From the NCBI GenBank assembly GCA_028687995.1, contig JAQTZA010000007.1, positions 21,099-85,098 of the forward strand: a stretch of 64,000 nucleotides of DNA, read 5' to 3'. Both the position numbers and the translations under genes were made by a program. This document shows, one piece after another, positions 9,374-18,567 of the stretch (positions within the stretch are counted from its first letter, which is position 1; every line of letters starts with the position of its first letter). This DNA comes from Bacteroidales bacterium. Lineage in GTDB: Bacteria > Bacteroidota > Bacteroidia > Bacteroidales > UBA7332. Under the pieces are notes generated by a model, which saw only the letters and a list, made by a program, of their open reading frames with translations, made no database searches and was not told the origin of the DNA.

Positions 9374-9783
9374 TTCTCTGTATTTGAACTCTTTAATAAG
9401 TATTCGTTGAAACTTTTGATCTGTTTCACAAACGATTCGCTACACACTGAACACATCGCTGCCATTCTCAATCTTGCGGGCTCGATCTGTTTTTCCTGCA
9501 TCAGAATATGAGTTTTGCCAACCAATGCACCTGTTTTCTCGGTACACGATTCACCAAACACACAATCGCTTCCATCCGCAGCAATAAATACACCATCAAA
9601 TCCTTTTTCGTAGGCATACATGATCCAACTGGGTTTAATTCCACTAGAGCAAGGAATTGTGATTGTATAAACGGTGGGTGGGTAATGCAACTTTAACAAA
9701 CCGGCCATATCGATTGCCGGATCTGAAATTTTCTCGGTCGAAAACACCAATATTTTCGCACTTTTTTTCGAAATATCTGCCAT
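9370..9783 (-). CDS. MvhD/FlpD-like iron-sulfur subunit (divergent)
   Basis: IDMAGLLKLHYPP...IPCSSGIKPSWIMYAYEKGFDGVFI...DC...IEPARLR follows the MvhD pattern. The stop overlaps the hdrA start by 4 bp. Confidence 0.8.
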   Translation of the reverse strand: MADISKKSAKILVFSTEKISDPAIDMAGLLKLHYPPTVYTITIPCSSGIKPSWIMYAYEKGFDGVFIAADGSDCVFGESCTEKTGALVGKTHILMQEKQIEPARLRMAAMCSVCSESFVKQIKSFNEYLLKSSNTEK

Positions 9784-9819
9784 GTCTTATGGGTTATGAG
9801 AGGCTTTTTATAAAAAAGA

Positions 9820-9898
9820 GTAAAGGGCAGCAAAGGAGTATTTTGTAAAACATCTAACCTTAATACAATAGACACAACCGATGAAATCTGCCCTTTAC
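9820..9898. repeat. Intra-operon inverted repeat between tusA and mvhD
   Basis: GTAAAGGGCAG (9820-9830) and CTGCCCTTTAC (9888-9898) form a perfect 11-bp inverted repeat. Confidence 0.75.
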
Positions 9899-9916
9899 AA
9901 TACTGTTTGACAGGAA

Positions 9917-10168
9917 TTATTTTTTCTTGAGATAAACTTTGAAATATCCGTTTACATCCACAAAACCCAAGTATTCGTGACCTTGTTTTCCGCACCATTT
10001 GGGGATATCCGATTTCGTTCCTTCGTCTGCTGATAATACTTCCATCACATCACCTGATTTGATGCTACCAATTGTTTTTTTTGCTTCCAAAAGCGGTCCG
10101 GGACAAGCTGTTCCTCTTGCATCTACTGATTTTGCTACCGCTACGGTCATTAATTCTTCTGTTGTCAT
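9917..10168 (-). CDS. tusA: TusA/SirA family sulfur-carrier protein
   Basis: VDARGTACPGPLLEAKK...EVLSADEGTKSDIPKWC. The start was moved to the ATG at 10168 because the longer ORF overlaps dsrE. Confidence 0.9.
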   Translation of the reverse strand: MTTEELMTVAVAKSVDARGTACPGPLLEAKKTIGSIKSGDVMEVLSADEGTKSDIPKWCGKQGHEYLGFVDVNGYFKVYLKKK

Positions 10169-10214
10169 AATTTGTCTTTTTAATTTGAATATAGAAATTC
10201 TGAATCTTGTTTTC

Positions 10215-10781
10215 TCAAATAAATAGTTGAATGCTGCTTTCGCCAGCATCTGCCACAAAAGTGCCCGCTCCTGCGTAGCGTAGGTTTGGATAATCAATGA
10301 TCTCCTCTTTCTTGAAGCCCATCAAATTCATCGACATCTCACACACGGTAATTTCGATGCCCAATTCGCCGGCCTCTTTAAACATCTGATCCAACGACAT
10401 GACACCTTGTTTTTTCATCAAGTGATTAATCATTTTAGGGCCAATACCGCACATATTCATATTGGATAACGCCAATTTCTCTTTACCTTTTGGCAGCATC
10501 ATACCAAACATTTTTGAAATGATGTCTTTACCGGGTGCTTTTTTCTTGCGATCCCGCAAAGCCGAAACCGACCAGAACGAGAAAAACAGTTTCACCTCTG
10601 TATCCATCGCAGCAGCAGCAATGGAGATAACCATGGCCGCCAGAATCTTATCCATATCACCCGAAACAATAGCCATTGATAATTGATCTTTGCGCGAATT
10701 TTCCAGTGTGCTTATCTTGCTTTTCAGCTCATCTATCTGAGCTTGAAGGTCTGCGATTTCGATATTTTTATTCGTTTCCAT
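10215..10781 (-). CDS. DsrE/DsrF/DrsH-like (DsrE2-type) sulfurtransferase
   Basis: SGDMDKILAAMVISIAAAAMDTEVKLFFSFWS and ITVCEMSMNLMG (conserved Cys), with an N-terminal coiled coil. Confidence 0.88.
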   Translation of the reverse strand: METNKNIEIADLQAQIDELKSKISTLENSRKDQLSMAIVSGDMDKILAAMVISIAAAAMDTEVKLFFSFWSVSALRDRKKKAPGKDIISKMFGMMLPKGKEKLALSNMNMCGIGPKMINHLMKKQGVMSLDQMFKEAGELGIEITVCEMSMNLMGFKKEEIIDYPNLRYAGAGTFVADAGESSIQLFI

Positions 10782-10820
10782 AATGAATTATACTAAAATT
10801 GGTTTGTTAAATTTGATAGG

Positions 10821-10828
10821 CAAAGGTA
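10821..10828 (-). promoter_or_regulatory. Bacteroidota -7 promoter element of the dsrE operon
   Basis: TACCTTTG on the minus strand matches TAnnTTTG, 40 nt upstream of the dsrE start. Confidence 0.6.
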
Positions 10829-10880
10829 TGGTCTTTCAAAAAAAGAGGACGAGTAAATATATGTGCATCTATTTATAAAT

Positions 10881-10902
10881 AAATGTGATATATATCATAT
10901 TA
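10881..10902. promoter_or_regulatory. Crp/Fnr-type binding site
   Basis: aaaTGTGAtatataTCATAtta matches TGTGA-N6-TCACA at 9 of 10 core positions and lies between the divergent genes. Confidence 0.6.
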
Positions 10903-10906
10903 TGAC

Positions 10907-10914
10907 TATCTTTG
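10907..10914 (+). promoter_or_regulatory. -7 promoter element of the Crp/Fnr gene (probably leaderless)
   Basis: TATCTTTG ends 4 nt before the ATG at 10919. Confidence 0.55.
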
Positions 10915-10918
10915 CAAG

Positions 10919-11596
10919 ATGAAATTTGAATGTATTAATTGTATATGTAAGTCCAAAGCGACAGAAACGCTAGGCCATTGTGATGTAGATAAGTTGACAG
11001 ACAACAAAGCTTTAGTCACATTTACGAAAGGTGAAAATATTATTCGTCAAGGTACATTTTCCACGAATATTGCTTTCCTAAGATCTGGAATTGCCAAAAT
11101 TCATTTAACAGGACCTTCTCATGAACAGATTGTAAGGATTATCAAAGCCCCTACTTATATGGGACTTCCTACTACTTTTGGAGAGAAAATAAATCAGTAT
11201 TCGGTTACAGCAATAGGTGATGTAGAGGTGTGTTATATCGACATTACCTTCTTTCGCAAGTTATTGAACGAGAAAGCAGACTTTTCGTACGAAATCATAT
11301 TAGAACTTTGTAGAAATGAATTAGAGACGCTTCGCCGATGTGCTAATCGGACACAAAAACAGCTACGAGGAAATTTAGCCGATGTATTATTGGATCTATC
11401 GGAAAACATCTTCGAATCTGAATCCTTCATTTTGCCTATGAATCAATCAGAATTGGCAGGATTAGTGGATACTAGTCGAGAGAGTATAAGCCGACTTCTA
11501 ACAGAGTTTTCTAAAGATGGAATTATTGAAATGAGCGGTAAACAGATTAAAATCACAAATGAAAAATCGCTGAAACTAATCAGCCAAAATGGATAA
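10919..11596 (+). CDS. Crp/Fnr family regulator with an N-terminal Cys cluster
   Basis: CINCICK...HC at the N-terminus, a cNMP-binding-type beta domain, and the HTH ELAGLVDTSRESISRLLTEF. Confidence 0.9.
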   Translation: MKFECINCICKSKATETLGHCDVDKLTDNKALVTFTKGENIIRQGTFSTNIAFLRSGIAKIHLTGPSHEQIVRIIKAPTYMGLPTTFGEKINQYSVTAIGDVEVCYIDITFFRKLLNEKADFSYEIILELCRNELETLRRCANRTQKQLRGNLADVLLDLSENIFESESFILPMNQSELAGLVDTSRESISRLLTEFSKDGIIEMSGKQIKITNEKSLKLISQNG

Positions 11597-11599
11597 AAA

Positions 11600-11632
11600 A
11601 AATCCCGATTGACACTAAGTCAATCGGGATTT
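11600..11632. terminator. Bidirectional terminator
   Basis: AAATCCCGATTGAC-actaa-GTCAATCGGGATTT lies between convergent genes. Confidence 0.8.
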
Positions 11633-11650
11633 AACATCTATAATTATAGG

Positions 11651-12166
11651 TTACATTTTCTTCATCATCATCTCTATTTCACGAATCTGTGCGGTCAATA
11701 ATTTTTGTTTGTCCAGTTTTTTTGCAGATTCTAGATAAACCATGGCGACTTTTTTGTTTCGCTGCGACAATGCGATGGCAGCCAAATTTAGCTTGGCTAC
11801 GGCTTGGTCATTTTTCATACGCAAACCTGTAGACAGTGCCTTTTTAAAGCTTTTCTCTGCTTTAGTTACATGTCGTTGTTGACTTTCAACCAATCCACGT
11901 AAATAGTAAAAATAAGCTTCTTGGCTTTTAATCATCAGCTCCGGACGCTTTACATAGTTCAAAGCCAACGTTGCTCCTTGTATGTTATTTTTTCTCACAA
12001 AATAGAATGCAAGTAGATTTTTCTCATTTTTGAAATGAAGTAACACGAAGATGCTTGCCAACAAGTCAATCATTACACCTGTAAAAATCCATCCATATAT
12101 ATAAAGGAATACAGAACCAATAATGAGAAGAGATGCAATAATGAGTCGGATAAATTTGAGAAACAT
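11651..12166 (-). CDS. Hypothetical membrane protein with TPR-like C-terminal helices
   Basis: Two N-terminal TM helices, then AYFYYLRGL...AEKSFKKAL TPR-like helices. Confidence 0.7.
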   Translation of the reverse strand: MFLKFIRLIIASLLIIGSVFLYIYGWIFTGVMIDLLASIFVLLHFKNEKNLLAFYFVRKNNIQGATLALNYVKRPELMIKSQEAYFYYLRGLVESQQRHVTKAEKSFKKALSTGLRMKNDQAVAKLNLAAIALSQRNKKVAMVYLESAKKLDKQKLLTAQIREIEMMMKKM

Positions 12167-12298
12167 AATTTGTTTGTTTTAAATTAGGAGCGCAAATTTA
12201 ACAAATAATCTATTGAATTCGACCTTGAATTTATTTTTGTGTTGAAAATTATAAACAGAATTGCTAGAAATCTGTTTTATTTCTATAAAAATAAGATT

Positions 12299-12775
12299 AT
12301 GAGTCAAAAAATAACTCCATTTCTTTGGTTCGACAACCAAGCCGAAGAAGCCGTAAACCTTTACACTTCTTTATTTAAAGATTCCAAAATTGAAAACATT
12401 AGCCATTACGGAGAAGGATCTCCAATGTCAGAAGGAGCTGTTATGTCTATATCGTTTCAACTACAAGGACAAAATTTTATCGCACTGAATGGTGGTCCAA
12501 TGTTTTCTTTTTCGCCAGCCATGTCACTATTTGTAAATTGTGAAAACCAAGACGAGGTAGATTTACTTTGGGAGAAACTAGGTAAAAATGGCTCAGAAAT
12601 GCAATGTGGATGGCTCACCGATAGATTCGGTGTAACTTGGCAAATTGTTCCAACAATTCTACCAGAACTTCTCAACGACGATGATGAAGAGAAAGCAGCA
12701 AGAGCGATGCAAGCCATGCTCGGGATGAAAAAATTAGATATAAACGAATTAAAACAAGCGTTTGATGGCAACTAA
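12299..12775 (+). CDS. VOC/PhnB family protein (3-demethylubiquinone-9 3-methyltransferase-like)
   Basis: MSQKITPFLWFDNQAEEA...ALNGGP...CGWLTDRFGVTWQIVP...AMQAMLGMKKLD. Confidence 0.9.
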   Translation: MSQKITPFLWFDNQAEEAVNLYTSLFKDSKIENISHYGEGSPMSEGAVMSISFQLQGQNFIALNGGPMFSFSPAMSLFVNCENQDEVDLLWEKLGKNGSEMQCGWLTDRFGVTWQIVPTILPELLNDDDEEKAARAMQAMLGMKKLDINELKQAFDGN

Positions 12776-13181
12776 AATCAAAGTAGAAGTATTGATTAAC
12801 AATACATTAGAGAAAGTGTGGAGTGCATGGATTACACCTAGCGACATTGAAAAATGGTATTTCGCTTCACCGGATTGGTATGTCCCTGCCGCTGAAAACG
12901 ATTTACGTGTTGGGGGTCGATTTAAAACAGTTATGTCGTCTCGGGATAAAACAATGGGATTTGATTTTGAAGGAACTTATACAGAAGTCAACAATTTGTC
13001 TAAAATTGTCTATGTGCTGGCCGACGAACGAGTGGTTGAAACTACGTTTACCCTAGAATCTAATGGCGTGAAAGTGACACAAATTTTCGATCCTGAAACC
13101 GAAAATCCAATTGAGATGCAGCAGTATGGCTGGCAGTGTATTTTGGAAAACTTCAAAATACATGTTGACAGTTTGTCTTAA
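12765..13181 (+). CDS. SRPBCC/AHSA1 (START-like) family protein
   Basis: VWSAWITPSDIEKW...NDLRVGGRF...FDFEGTY...QQYGWQCILENFK. Confidence 0.88.
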   Translation: MATKIKVEVLINNTLEKVWSAWITPSDIEKWYFASPDWYVPAAENDLRVGGRFKTVMSSRDKTMGFDFEGTYTEVNNLSKIVYVLADERVVETTFTLESNGVKVTQIFDPETENPIEMQQYGWQCILENFKIHVDSLS

Positions 13182-13200
13182 AAAATTCACTTTAAATGAT

Positions 13201-13238
13201 AAAAACACTGATTAACTCTGATTAATCGGTGTTTTTTT
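13201..13238 (+). terminator. Rho-independent terminator
   Basis: AAAAACACTGATTAA-ctctga-TTAATCGGTGTTTTTTT. Confidence 0.7.
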
Positions 13239-13477
13239 GTCTTTATGTAAATTTAAACATAAATAATAACATTTTTTATAACATATTGTCATTTTTGTGT
13301 GTAACTTTGTTATTTAGAAAAACGCCACCACAAATTACATTTTATTACTTTATTCTCAATTATACACCTGCCCACCTCAGGCCATTTTTACACAAAAATA
13401 GATACCCCTTTTCCTCAAAATAAGAATCTTACGTCTTAAAGTGCGGAGTCAGCACGGTAATCACTGACGTCTAAATC

Positions 13478-15742
13478 ATGAAAAAGATTTATCTATTGTG
13501 TATCGGATTATTGCTCAGCTTTAATTCGCAAAGCCAGATTAGCCAAATCAACGATCCAATGATGTTTGGCGGTAGAATCAGAGCATACGCTCAAAATGCG
13601 AATTGTGTGCTCGTGGCAACCTCAGGTGGCATCTTCAAAACCATTGATTACGGCCATAGTTGGACAAATTCTTCATTTAATTTCAGTTCCGAAACGACAG
13701 ATTGTAGTCAAATCGTGAGCATTGGAAGCGATTTTTATGCGCTAAGCAACAATCCACACGGACCAAAAGTGTATAAAAGCAGCGACAATGGTGCAAATTG
13801 GTCGATAATTAATTTCCCCAATTTTAATTCTCAAGCTATTGGAAAACTTGGCAACATGCTGTATGCTGTTGGCTACGACTACATGTCTGGTGGAAAACTT
13901 TATTCATCATCCAACGGTATAGATTGGTCTGCACGTGCAATTTTGTGGACAAAAGAGTGGCAAGGCGGAAATTGTCAACTCATCTCATTTAGCTCCGACA
14001 GACTTATTTTGCTGCTAAACGATAATTTGTATTATACTACCGACGGCAATTCAATGACGACTGTTTCGGTCAATGGACTGGGTAATACAACGTCATTTAA
14101 TGGCGATTACGATGTTGCTGGAGATGCTGCTGGAAATCTCTATTTTCTTACAAACAACATCATATACAAGTACAATTTTAGCAACGAAACTTGGGGAGAT
14201 ATCTCCACTGGAAAAGTACCAGACACGTATCAATTACTAAATATATCAGTTACCAACAACGCCATTTTTGCAGTGGCAATGACACCATTTGTTGGGCTGA
14301 AACTCTATCGATCAACAAATCAAGGCGGTTCGTTTGATATTCTTAACTCCACTGGTTTGGATTCGCCAATGATTGAGCGAATTTGTCAACTTTCGGCAAA
14401 TAATCTCATTGGAATAGACCTATACGACCAAATCCTATTCTCATCCGATGGAGGCGATTCTTGGACTTCGAACAACAATCAATTCATCTCCACTTATGCA
14501 GGTAATCTAACTAAATCAGGTACAAAATTACAATACACGACAAACAATAGAGGAATCATACGTTCATCAAACGAAGGATTAAGTTGGAGTGCTGATAATA
14601 ATGGAATACCCGATTTTGGCGATATTGCTTATTTCGTAGAAGACATTATGGCAGTAAAAGACACGCTCTTTTCGTTAGTTCGCCCCGATCCATTTGCAAA
14701 CGATGTAATGCTTTACAAATCAATTGATAATGGCGATTCTTGGAAATCGGCTCCTATCCCTGTTCCTTACAATTCAGGGAAAGATTACCTTTTTGCTGGG
14801 AAATGCGATTCGGCTTTATACATCAGTTATTTCGACTCAAACACCTCATCTTATGCCTTGATTGTGACTTATAAAAATGGAGCTTCATGGGTGAAACCCA
14901 GTAGCCAAAACACCAATCAACGGATCTACCTCAAAGGTCCAAAGAATTGCTTGTTTGCTTTCTATTCTGAACAAGACAATGGTTGGCAGGATTTTACGAA
15001 TGTAAATCGGGCAAATAATTTCGGAATGAGTTTTTCAGACATCAATCCCAATCAACTATTTGGGTATGATTTTACCATCAAACGAATTCCGCTTAACAGA
15101 GGCGATAAAGGTGCTCCGATAATGGATTTCGACTTAGCGCACAATTATGCCATTTTTGCGGTAAACGATAGAAGAATGGGTGTCGATTTGGATAAACTTT
15201 ATAAATATGATATTGGGATGAACCAATGGTCTGAAATATCCACCACTGGATTACCTCAAAAGTTCATTATTAGTTTCATAAAAAATTATGGCTCAAATCT
15301 CTGGCTATTAGCAACAAATGAAGGATTATACAAAAGCACCAACGGAGGTAACGACTGGGTATTGACTCACAATGTAAACAATTGGCAAAAAGGAATCACA
15401 GTCAATAGCATTCAGTTATTGGGCAATAAAGCCTTTATGGGCACATTGTCAAATGGTGTTTGGGTGACTGATTTATCATCTGGTATTGTAGAGCATGTAG
15501 TTGATGCTGATTTCATTATTTATACCAATCCATCTACTTCAAAAATTACCGTCAAAATACCGGAAATAAATGAAATTGGTGGCACCGTTTCGCTCTATGG
15601 TTTCGATGGAAGACAGATTATTTCTAAATCAATTTCGAGTGCAACCTTTGAATTGAGCTTGGATAATGTGAAAGCAGGAAGTTATATTGTGGTAGTAAAT
15701 GCTAATCACCGAATCTATCGGAAAGCTATTATTAGAAAATAA
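13478..15742 (+). CDS. T9SS type-A CTD protein with BNR/Asp-box beta-propeller repeats
   Basis: Signal peptide; repeated (Y/F)xSxD/NxGxxW motifs (YKSSDNGANW, FSSDGGDSW, YKSIDNGDSW, YKSTNGGNDW); CTD YTNPSTS...LYGFDGR...GSYIVVV...KAIIRK. Confidence 0.82.
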   Translation: MKKIYLLCIGLLLSFNSQSQISQINDPMMFGGRIRAYAQNANCVLVATSGGIFKTIDYGHSWTNSSFNFSSETTDCSQIVSIGSDFYALSNNPHGPKVYKSSDNGANWSIINFPNFNSQAIGKLGNMLYAVGYDYMSGGKLYSSSNGIDWSARAILWTKEWQGGNCQLISFSSDRLILLLNDNLYYTTDGNSMTTVSVNGLGNTTSFNGDYDVAGDAAGNLYFLTNNIIYKYNFSNETWGDISTGKVPDTYQLLNISVTNNAIFAVAMTPFVGLKLYRSTNQGGSFDILNSTGLDSPMIERICQLSANNLIGIDLYDQILFSSDGGDSWTSNNNQFISTYAGNLTKSGTKLQYTTNNRGIIRSSNEGLSWSADNNGIPDFGDIAYFVEDIMAVKDTLFSLVRPDPFANDVMLYKSIDNGDSWKSAPIPVPYNSGKDYLFAGKCDSALYISYFDSNTSSYALIVTYKNGASWVKPSSQNTNQRIYLKGPKNCLFAFYSEQDNGWQDFTNVNRANNFGMSFSDINPNQLFGYDFTIKRIPLNRGDKGAPIMDFDLAHNYAIFAVNDRRMGVDLDKLYKYDIGMNQWSEISTTGLPQKFIISFIKNYGSNLWLLATNEGLYKSTNGGNDWVLTHNVNNWQKGITVNSIQLLGNKAFMGTLSNGVWVTDLSSGIVEHVVDADFIIYTNPSTSKITVKIPEINEIGGTVSLYGFDGRQIISKSISSATFELSLDNVKAGSYIVVVNANHRIYRKAIIRK

Positions 15743-15773
15743 AGACAAAACTTGCTAATTCCTAATTTTGAGC

Positions 15774-15818
15774 AAAAAGAATCCCGACCAGCACACTTGT
15801 TGATCGGGATTCTTTTTT
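15774..15818. terminator. Bidirectional terminator
   Basis: AAAAAGAATCCCGACCA...TGATCGGGATTCTTTTTT lies between convergent genes. Confidence 0.75.
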
Positions 15819-15821
15819 TGC

Positions 15822-15850
15822 TCCTCCCTTTGGGGGAGGTTGGGTGGGGT
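15822..15850. repeat. Short GC-rich REP-like hairpin
   Basis: CCTCCC-tttg-GGGGAGG followed by TTGGGTGGGG, which stands out against the AT-rich intergenic background. Confidence 0.35.
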
Positions 15851-15853
15851 TTC

Positions 15854-17473
<1,620 letters not shown>

Positions 17474-17546
17474 CTAAATATTATCATCAACATTTTTGAG
17501 AGTGCAAAGGTACGATTTTTATTTCTAAAAGTCGTAAGTCAAAATT

Positions 17547-17584
17547 AGTCGTAAGCCTGCCTGTCGGCAGACAGGCTTACGACT
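17547..17584. repeat. Palindromic REP-like element (CCTGCCTGTCGGCAGACAGG core)
   Basis: 17-bp stem with one mismatch, AGTCGTAAGCCTGCCTG-tcgg-CAGACAGGCTTACGACT, plus an extra AGTCGTAAG direct copy at 17530. Confidence 0.7.
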
Positions 17585-17586
17585 TT

Positions 17587-18510
17587 TCACTTTTTCAACT
17601 TCAACGTATCTCCATCATTTGGAATATAGTCGTCGGTCAGTTTATTGATTTTGTAAATATATTTCATCCTTACGCCATACATTTGCGCAATACTATGAAT
17701 CGATTCTCCAGGCTGAATGATGTGGAACTTGAAATCACCTTTCACCTTTTTATTCTTCATTTGAAGGTAAACAATATCGCCCTCTTCGAGTGGGAAATCT
17801 TTTGGAACTTCATTACAAATCAACAACTTACGATCATTAAAACCGAGTCTTTCTGCCAACGACTCGTACGTATCGCCTCGCTTAGCCACTACATAAAGAA
17901 GACCTTGCGATTTGAATACTTCGGGTAGAGAGCTATCAAAAGCGGGACTTTGTGTACGTTTCTCGCCTTTACCCATTGCTTTGAGGTCGTATTCGAAAAG
18001 CGAATAATCTTCAATCACTTTGATCAGCTTATTGGCATACGATTTATCGGTTGCGTAACCAGCTCGTTGCAATCCTGTTGCCCAATTGCGATAATCGCGA
18101 ATATTGTATTCGAAAAGGAACGCATAGCGTGGATTACGGTTCAAAAACTGGGAGTGATCTTCATACGATTCGTGCGCATGATTGTATTTACGAAAACAAT
18201 CGTCTTTTCGATCATCGTCGTGTAAAACGTGCGGACCTGCCCAGCCATTGTTGCATTTTATCCCAAAATGATTATTCGAAGCGATGGTAAGTGCACTCCT
18301 TCCAGCGCCTGATTCCAACAAACCTTGCGCCAAGGTGATACTAGAAGGAATTTTAAAGCGTTTTTGATGATCCATTGCCAAATCACAATATTGCTCTATG
18401 TAGGAGAGATATTGGCTGTTTTTATTCTGAGACACCACAGAAATGTATCCGACAAATGCAGTAAAAACCAATAAAACAGATCGCTTGATATTCGGACTAT
18501 TTTTGCTCAC
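17587..18510 (-). CDS. GH73 glucosaminidase with C-terminal LysM domains
   Basis: ITLAQGLLESGAG, NNHFGIKC and GYATDKSYA motifs, followed by two LysM-like repeats. Confidence 0.92.
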   Translation of the reverse strand: MSKNSPNIKRSVLLVFTAFVGYISVVSQNKNSQYLSYIEQYCDLAMDHQKRFKIPSSITLAQGLLESGAGRSALTIASNNHFGIKCNNGWAGPHVLHDDDRKDDCFRKYNHAHESYEDHSQFLNRNPRYAFLFEYNIRDYRNWATGLQRAGYATDKSYANKLIKVIEDYSLFEYDLKAMGKGEKRTQSPAFDSSLPEVFKSQGLLYVVAKRGDTYESLAERLGFNDRKLLICNEVPKDFPLEEGDIVYLQMKNKKVKGDFKFHIIQPGESIHSIAQMYGVRMKYIYKINKLTDDYIPNDGDTLKLKK

Positions 18511-18567
18511 TTAAACTAATATTTATGAATAATCTACTATATTTGTAAAAATAAAAACTAAATCAAT

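Noticed and set aside
9693-9998. 101-aa ORF bridging tusA and mvhD
   Set aside because: It overlaps both real genes out of frame, spans the inverted repeat and has no recognisable motif.
10169-10297. N-terminal extension of TusA in the ORF track
   Set aside because: It overlaps the dsrE 3' end. The TusA fold begins after Met at 10168.
4366-10781. Selenocysteine read-through in the Hdr/Mvh genes, or a canonical sulfate-reducer qmoABC
   Set aside because: The checked gene ends (short hdrA, tusA, wHTH) are TAA, and I saw no sign of a UGA-truncated reading frame. Domain order differs from QmoAB (MvhD is separate and the long HdrA keeps its N-terminal domain), and apr/sat are absent from the window.
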